64,000 bases of DNA from the human T2T-CHM13v2.0 reference genome, Homo sapiens, in the NCBI RefSeq assembly GCF_009914755.1, contig NC_060928.1; one strand, given 5' to 3'. Below are positions 57,464 through 64,000 of the stretch, piece after piece. The translations under genes and the position numbers were made by a program. Position 1 is the stretch's first letter. Every line of letters starts with the position of its first letter. Under the pieces are notes generated by a model that had not been told where the DNA came from, did not search any database, and saw only the letters and a list, made by a program, of their open reading frames with translations.

Positions 57464-59140
57464 ACACTATAATTTTGGATACAAAACATTCTGCATTTGT
57501 TAAAACTCAGAGAACTTCACAACACAAATAGTGAACGTCATATGCAAGCTAAAAAAATACTTAAGAGGTCAGAGGACTTCAGAATAAAATGAATGCAGAA
57601 TGTGTCACAATAATCTAACTACATAACAAACATATGAAAGAACCTCACTGAAGGGTGGTGGGGGCAGAGGTACTGACCTTAAGTAACTTTAGAAATGAGT
57701 AGAGTCTGTATGACTAAAAGCAACAGAAACTGCATAATCACTGGATTCTAGTTGATAGGGTTATTTTCCAGGAGAGTAGTAAAGAATTCTGATACTGCTA
57801 TATATGTATGCTAGAATTGAACAGTTAGGTAAATGGATGGTGGATGGTGGGAGCCAGGCTTCTCATTGTTGGAGTGGGAGTTCACAGATGTGCACGGGGA
57901 ATAAGTGAAAATGATTCATGTGGTGAAGGATTAGAATTGAAGACATTAGCATTAGCTCATATTTAGCTTAATATAGATACAGGTAGGTATATATAAATAT
58001 TTATATATGCAGATATCCAATTAAATATTTAGATATGTGTATATACATGGGTTAGGCCTGTAGTACCCACATTGTGGATTCTAATATCAATAAAATGAAC
58101 CAGGACTCTTCAGAGAAGAATCCTAAAATTCTACAATCCAATTTTAGGATTCTAAAACTGGAGCAGAAAATATACAATGTAAGTGAAGAACATTTTATAA
58201 AACCAAAAAGTAAGAAAGTGCTAAAAAACAAAAAAGAAAAAACCTGCAGTGATGGGCATATGTCAGATAACATAGGAGTTAAAAAAGAGCCCACAATGGT
58301 CACAGCTGGAACAATCCGAGCAGGAAAATAAAGTAGTATTGGATTACAACCCAAATTATAAAATAAATATCCATGAGTCCAAACTGATATAAATGAATGA
58401 TAAAATATAAAAAATACATGGGGAAGGAGAAAAGTGTCCTGTAAAGAAGAATTTCAAATAATTCACATAGGAGCCCCACTCCTCAAGTGCGGACCATTCG
58501 TATGATTTCTTTCTAAAGCGTGCAGTATGGAGAGTTGAGAGAGGGTTTGAGAAAATAGTAACTTCAGACAGTGAAGAAACTTGGCAAAGACGACCTCAGC
58601 CAAATGAGAAAGGTTAATGTGAACAGTAATAAGTTATGTTAATTGTATGAATCCTCCAAATGATGTGATACAAATGGCACTTTACCTCTGTGACCTTTCT
58701 CCGAAATACTCATAATCCCAGTATAATCATGACAAAAACATCAGACAACTTCCAATTAAGGGACATTCTAGAAAATACCTGACCAGTGCTCCTCAAACTG
58801 TTAAGGTCATCAAAAACAAGAAAGGCTGAGAAACTATCTCAGCCAAGAGGAGCCTAGAAAGACATAATTAAATGTAATGTTGTATTCTGAATAGAATTCT
58901 AGAACAACTAAAAAAGGACACTGGGCAAAAGGAAGTCTGAATAAAATATGGATTTTTGTTATAATAATCTATTAATATTGGTTCATTAATTATAACAACT
59001 GTACAAATTAATTATAACAAATGTACCATTCTAATGTAAGATGTCAATAACAGGGGAACCTGGTTATGGGGAACTTATCGCTAACTTTGTAGTTCTTTGG
59101 TAAATCTAAAATTATTCTACAGAGAAAATTTTATTTTTTG
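57464..59140 (+). mobile_element. L1MC3-like long 3'UTR (right part of host element)
   Basis: GCATTTGTTAAAACTCAGAGAACTT..AACCTCACTGAAGGG..AATCATGACAAAAACATCAGACAA..CCTCAAACTGTTAAGGTCATCAAAAACAAG. Confidence 0.75.
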
Positions 59141-61409
59141 TAAAAAAGGAACTAGCTGGAGATCACGTGACTGAAAAAAAGTATAAAGGAAATAAGACCT
59201 TCCACTACAGAGTATAAACAATTAAGTATGAACACCACTTCATAGTTGTAGAAACTATTATTACAGACATCTGTAATACCAAAAGTAAATGTATGTTTTC
59301 CAAATGTTTTCAACACTTAATCAAGTATTTACATTTACATTTTAGAATAATTTCTCTATTCAAGATTTCTCACATGCTTATACTCTAGAAATAAGTTTTT
59401 AAATGATAATATCATGTATACTTTTATGTGTTAGTAATCCTGAAACTCATAGGAACACTTAATTTATCTTTCTCTTATGCTAACAGCTGGTAATATTAAT
59501 AAGTATTAAAATACTAAAATTTAGTCTAATAGTTACAGGCAACAAAACATATTTATTTGTTTAAAAAATCCAGGCTTAAAAAATGAGATCAAGGAAAAAA
59601 GATTAAAAACAAGGAAATAGTCAGTTGATAAGCCTAAAAAGTGGTTTAAAAACATTTTAAATGACAATTTAAAAAAGTTTTATGCAGCAAGTGGCAATCT
59701 ACTATGTTCAATCTTTAAACAAAAAATAAATCTTAAAATAATTTGAAATGCATTATTAATTAAAATTAGGGAGAATGTTTATGTATGACTAAAGAAAGAT
59801 AGCTTTACACATCTCTGAAGTAGTCTGAGATCACTAAATGCATATATTCATTTATTTATTTAGAAACATTTATAGTCAATTACAGATAAAATAGATGATT
59901 TCTAAGTTGCCCTAAATTTCTAGCTAAACTAAAAAGGCAAAAAACAAAACAATAAAACCTCTGATGTAAGGTCAATAGTGAAAATGCAGATCAGAAATCA
60001 CTATTTTATTATCGCTATCAATTATATTGAAATCAGTTGATATCATTTTCAAAAGACAAAGGAAAGTAGATAAAGGGAAGCCATAAAGGTGGAGGCAGGT
60101 GCTTTTGTAATTCATTAGCTATATTTGTTACAGCCTTTGAAGACAGATATGACAAGCATGATTATGACTTTCCTTTGAGGCCCACATTCAATGGCAGATT
60201 AGTAACCTGATAAGTTTTCTATATTTATCTTCATAACAGAGATCCATTTTCAAATCAGCCCACACAAAGCATGGTTTCTTTTATGTTATTGCAACATCCA
60301 GTGATAGGATAGGCCATCTGGAGAAATTGGCTGGGGTATGCTGATTACTCAAGAGATACATGTAATGAATAGTCGTTACCCCTGTGGAGCTGCTAGGAGG
60401 CCAGTGAAATTTTTCCTGAATGGCGAGTTAGTTAGTTAGAATAACTTCTCTCAGATTAAACTATTGCTATTTTAAGGGAGAAGAGTGTCTTGTTTGCTTA
60501 CGTGAATCAATGGAGAGTAAAGGACAACAGAGCACTGAGCTCAGTTCACATTTTGCTGTGCATAGTAGGAAAGGGTATGGGTGAGTAAGTTGTCTTAAAG
60601 GCATATATGGATATTCTAATTATTACTTCAAGGAAGTATACTTCCTATTCCTTGGACTGGTGAAAATCCAGTCAGTTTCAGCCTAGACATAAGGAAATGG
60701 GCCGGAGTATGCCCACCATAGAAAGACACAAGTCACTTCTGAAATGCACGCTAATTTTTCTGCTTTTGTCCAGGGTTTCTTCTTTCTAAGAAAAGAAATG
60801 TACTTTCTTATCTTCTATTTTGTAGTTATCAGTTAGGAAACTTTTGTTGATCATCCCTCATATGTTAACACTCTTCTGGGCACCAGACCACATGGGCTGC
60901 CATTTTTGCTCTGTGGAAAGAGGAGCACAGCCGGAAGAGGCAAACATGAGAGCAGATTTTTCTGCCATGCCAAAATGAAATCTCTCTCTAATCTGAGCCA
61001 CATAGAGAAACAAAAGCCTATCCTTTTTGTTATCAACTTGGATGTAGAGGTAGGTCAGAAATGTTTACTGAGTCCCATTGACCAGTGCTTAACATTTGGA
61101 CAGACAAATTTACTAAAATATTTGTGTTTCTCCTTCATACATTTTCTTTTTCCATTTCCCTGGATTAGTTTTTTGCCTTGGGTACATTTGCAGGCCATAA
61201 AGCAGAAGCTGGCTGAATCAATGTTTTACTACCTTTTGGGGAAAAATTAATTGAAGAGAATGTACCATGTATTCCAGAGGGAAGGGGAGTGACTCTCTGG
61301 ACGGGAGAGATAAGATTCCCAAAAAGTGGAGAGAGATAAGAATATCTGAGTTTTAACTAAAACCTGATCAAGTGGCAAGATCTCAGAGAGAAATGCCTGT
61401 GTTGTATAC

Positions 61410-61779
61410 TGATATGGTTTGTCAGTGTCCCCACCCAAATCTCATCTTGAATTGTAGTTCCCACAATTCCCACATGTCACGGGGGGGACCCAGTGGGAGG
61501 TAACTGAATCATGGGAGCAGGTCTTTCTCATGCTATTCTCGTGATAGTGAACAAGTCTCATGAGAGCTGATGGTTTTAAAAAGAGGAGTTCCCCTGCACA
61601 AGATCTCTCTCTTTGCCTGCTGCCATCCACATAGATGTTACTTGCTCCTCCATGCCTTCTGCCATGATTGTGAGGCCTCCTCAGCTATGTGGACTTGTAA
61701 GTCCAATAAACCTCTTTCTTTTGTAAATTGCCCAGTCTAAGGTGTGTCTTTATCAGCAGCATGAAAATGGACTAATACA
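61410..61779 (+). mobile_element. THE1 (THE1A/B-like) solo LTR
   Basis: Starts TGATATGGTTTG..TCCCCACCCAAATCTC, AATAAA, ends GGACTAATACA; exact TSD TATAC (61405-61409, 61780-61784). Confidence 0.93.
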
Positions 61780-62369
61780 TATACTCACCAAGGCCTAACT
61801 TTAGGGATCATTGTTCCCAGTCTTACTGAAGATTCACCCTCATTCCCAAATCAGTGAAGAAACTGTGAAGCTGTCACAGTCTGAGAGACCAAAGAGACCA
61901 GAGTAATAAACTTCTCACCAGTAACTAGGAGGATCCTCCCACAACTCCTTTCTGCTCTGGATGCCCCTTTTCTCAACCTTGATGGAGGAGCACGTTGCAG
62001 ACAGAGGAGTAAACCTCCCTGATAACTCAAAGTCCCTTCACACTGGGAGTCAAATTTCAGTTAAAAAAGAAAAGGAAGAAATGCGAGAACTTCTTTTTCA
62101 CAGCTGTATTAGTTTTTAGAATTTCTTCATACTTACTACTCATAGATTGTCTCACTTAACTCTCAAAGCAATTCATGACATAAGAATTGCTATCCCTTTT
62201 ATCTCCTGAATAACTATGATAGCTATATATGGCTTTTGTTTGGAGCCTGAGGTACACAGAGTTAGTTTAATTATAATCCTTGGCTCATGACACACTCTTC
62301 TCATTTTTCCAAATTGTCCCTTTTTGTGTAGGTAACAATTTTTAGTTGTTTTAATTATACAATAAGCAC

Positions 62370-62830
62370 ACATAAGCCCACCATTCAAAATAAAAACTAG
62401 GATCTTGACGTACACCTAATTACCTGCCCAATACCATCTCTTTGCTTCCCCTATCCAAATAACCACCACCTCAAATCCTGTCTCATTTGTCCCCCGCATC
62501 CTTTTTTTATGGTTTTACTACCTATCTTTATTTTCCTAAAATGTTTATTTTTATTTTTATTCTTTTTAAGTTACAAAAAGGATATCATGCTCTATGTCAA
62601 CTTTTGGAACTGACTTTTCATATTTAGTATTATGTGGCTATGTTTCATCCATATTACTGGGTGGGACTGTAATCCATTCATTTGACAGCTATACAATAAT
62701 CTATTGTGTGACTGTATCATATTTATTCATCCCCTCCCACAAAGGGCATTTGGTTTGCTTCCAAGTTTTGCTATTATAAACAGTATTGTTAAGAATTTTT
62801 TTTTTGTATATGTCTCTTACTGAACATTAG
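62370..62830 (-). mobile_element. Old L1ME-like 3' fragment
   Basis: GTTTCATCCATATT..CCATTCATTTGACAGCT..GGGCATTTGGTTTGCTTCCAAGTTTTGCTATTATAAACAG. Confidence 0.6.
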
Positions 62831-63509
62831 ACTCACACCTCTGTTTCCCACTGCTCCACACCCCAGCATTCCACTTTCAGATGAGCATTTCTAACACATG
62901 AACCTTGGCTGGAATTCAGGGGAGTTGCACACAGAGGACCTGCTCCATAGAGAGGCCATATGGAAAAGCGATATGATTCTATGAGAGGAAAAGGAAAAAG
63001 TATCAAAATGGAGAGAAAACAATGGTGACCATAAGCAAAAATAAATAAGTTGGCCTCCACCCTGAAATCTATCAGTGTTCTATGATGTGGGCCATGGATT
63101 TGAGAAAAAGCAAAATAAGTTAAAAAGTGAGGCATCTCATAGCCCTGGGGTCTACAGGGGAAGTAGAACAGCCTCAGAAATGAGGGAGCAAGTGTCAGAG
63201 TAGGCAGCTTGGAAAAGCCTAGAGAAAGACCTACAACCAGGCTCTGCAAGCTTGGGCCAGTGTGCTCAAAACCACACTTTTGTTGCCATGGGGAATAAGG
63301 CAATGTTCTCTTTTCTTACACCATCCTCACAATTACCCTTAACAAATTTTAGTCATCTATATTACTATGGTGAGACTATCCATCCCACATTTCAGATATT
63401 TCCAGGAAAGTGGAGGTGGAAAAAACCAGTTTGGCAACACTGCATGAATCTAATTACAGAATAAAATGTCTGTAAGTAATTACTATCATAGATGCGTCAA
63501 AAATAGACC

Positions 63510-63900
63510 TGAGCCCACCAGTAATTTTTTTCAACATTCTAATTTTCTGTCTTAAGTTCACCCTTAGGCATAAACCAGAAGGCCTCTCATGAGACAGCTC
63601 TTGCTTATCCTTCTAACTTCATCTTCCACCCTATGCTCACAAGGTCCAAATAGTCTAGTTAGAGAGAGCTAATGCTGATCCCTAAAGTCATCATGATTAG
63701 TCGAGCCTCCTCTGTTTATGCCATTCCTACTGTCTAAAATACCCTTTCCCATCTCATCCACTAATTTCTAAGTGGTCTCCAAGAATCATTCCCTTCTTGT
63801 ACCGTTTGCTTTCCCTGTGCCCTTCATTAGTCCCTTAGATCTTTTCTCTCTCCCTTTTTTCCCTCCTCTATATTTCCAACTTCAGTCTAAGGCATACAAA
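63510..63900 (+). mobile_element. L2 fragment
   Basis: GCTTATCCTTCTAACTTCATCTTCC..ATGCCATTCCTACTGTCTAAAATACCCTTTCCC. Confidence 0.45.
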
Positions 63901-64000
63901 ACAGGCCACCACATCATAAATATACTCTTAGATTGACCCCAGTCAAATTTGCTTTTCCTCCTATTAGATTTTGTTTCTTTTGTGTGAGGGATATGGTAAA

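Noticed and set aside
62833-63303. 156-aa ORF on the - strand
   Set aside because: Non-ATG start, no domain; the region may be an old ERVL-type LTR that I could not assign

Overview
AT-rich, repeat-dense primate (human-like) genomic DNA, intergenic or deep intronic. I find no recognisable host protein-coding exon, tRNA, rRNA or CRISPR-like array. Most of the window is transposable-element derived: about ten near-full-length Alus plus fragments, many L1 pieces of different ages, solo LTRs (THE1 x2, MSTD, LTR12C, LTR16A, MLT1), DNA-transposon relics (MER8, MER5A, MER94, Tigger1) and L2/MIR fragments. The only long ORF (27556-29676, 706 aa) is the C-terminal part of L1 ORF2p in a 5'-truncated L1PA2-like copy. 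The observations most worth checking are a heavily decayed hAT-Charlie transposase (~31-33.2 kb) that the ORF track misses, a triple-nested L1 cluster at 51-59 kb with two twin-priming inversions and an apparent deletion, several short templated-insertion scars, and an intact LTR12C promoter with an unusual C-rich, CCAAT-containing tract. I see no evidence of a previously undescribed biological system. Repeat subfamily names come from recalled consensus sequences and need RepeatMasker/Dfam confirmation.
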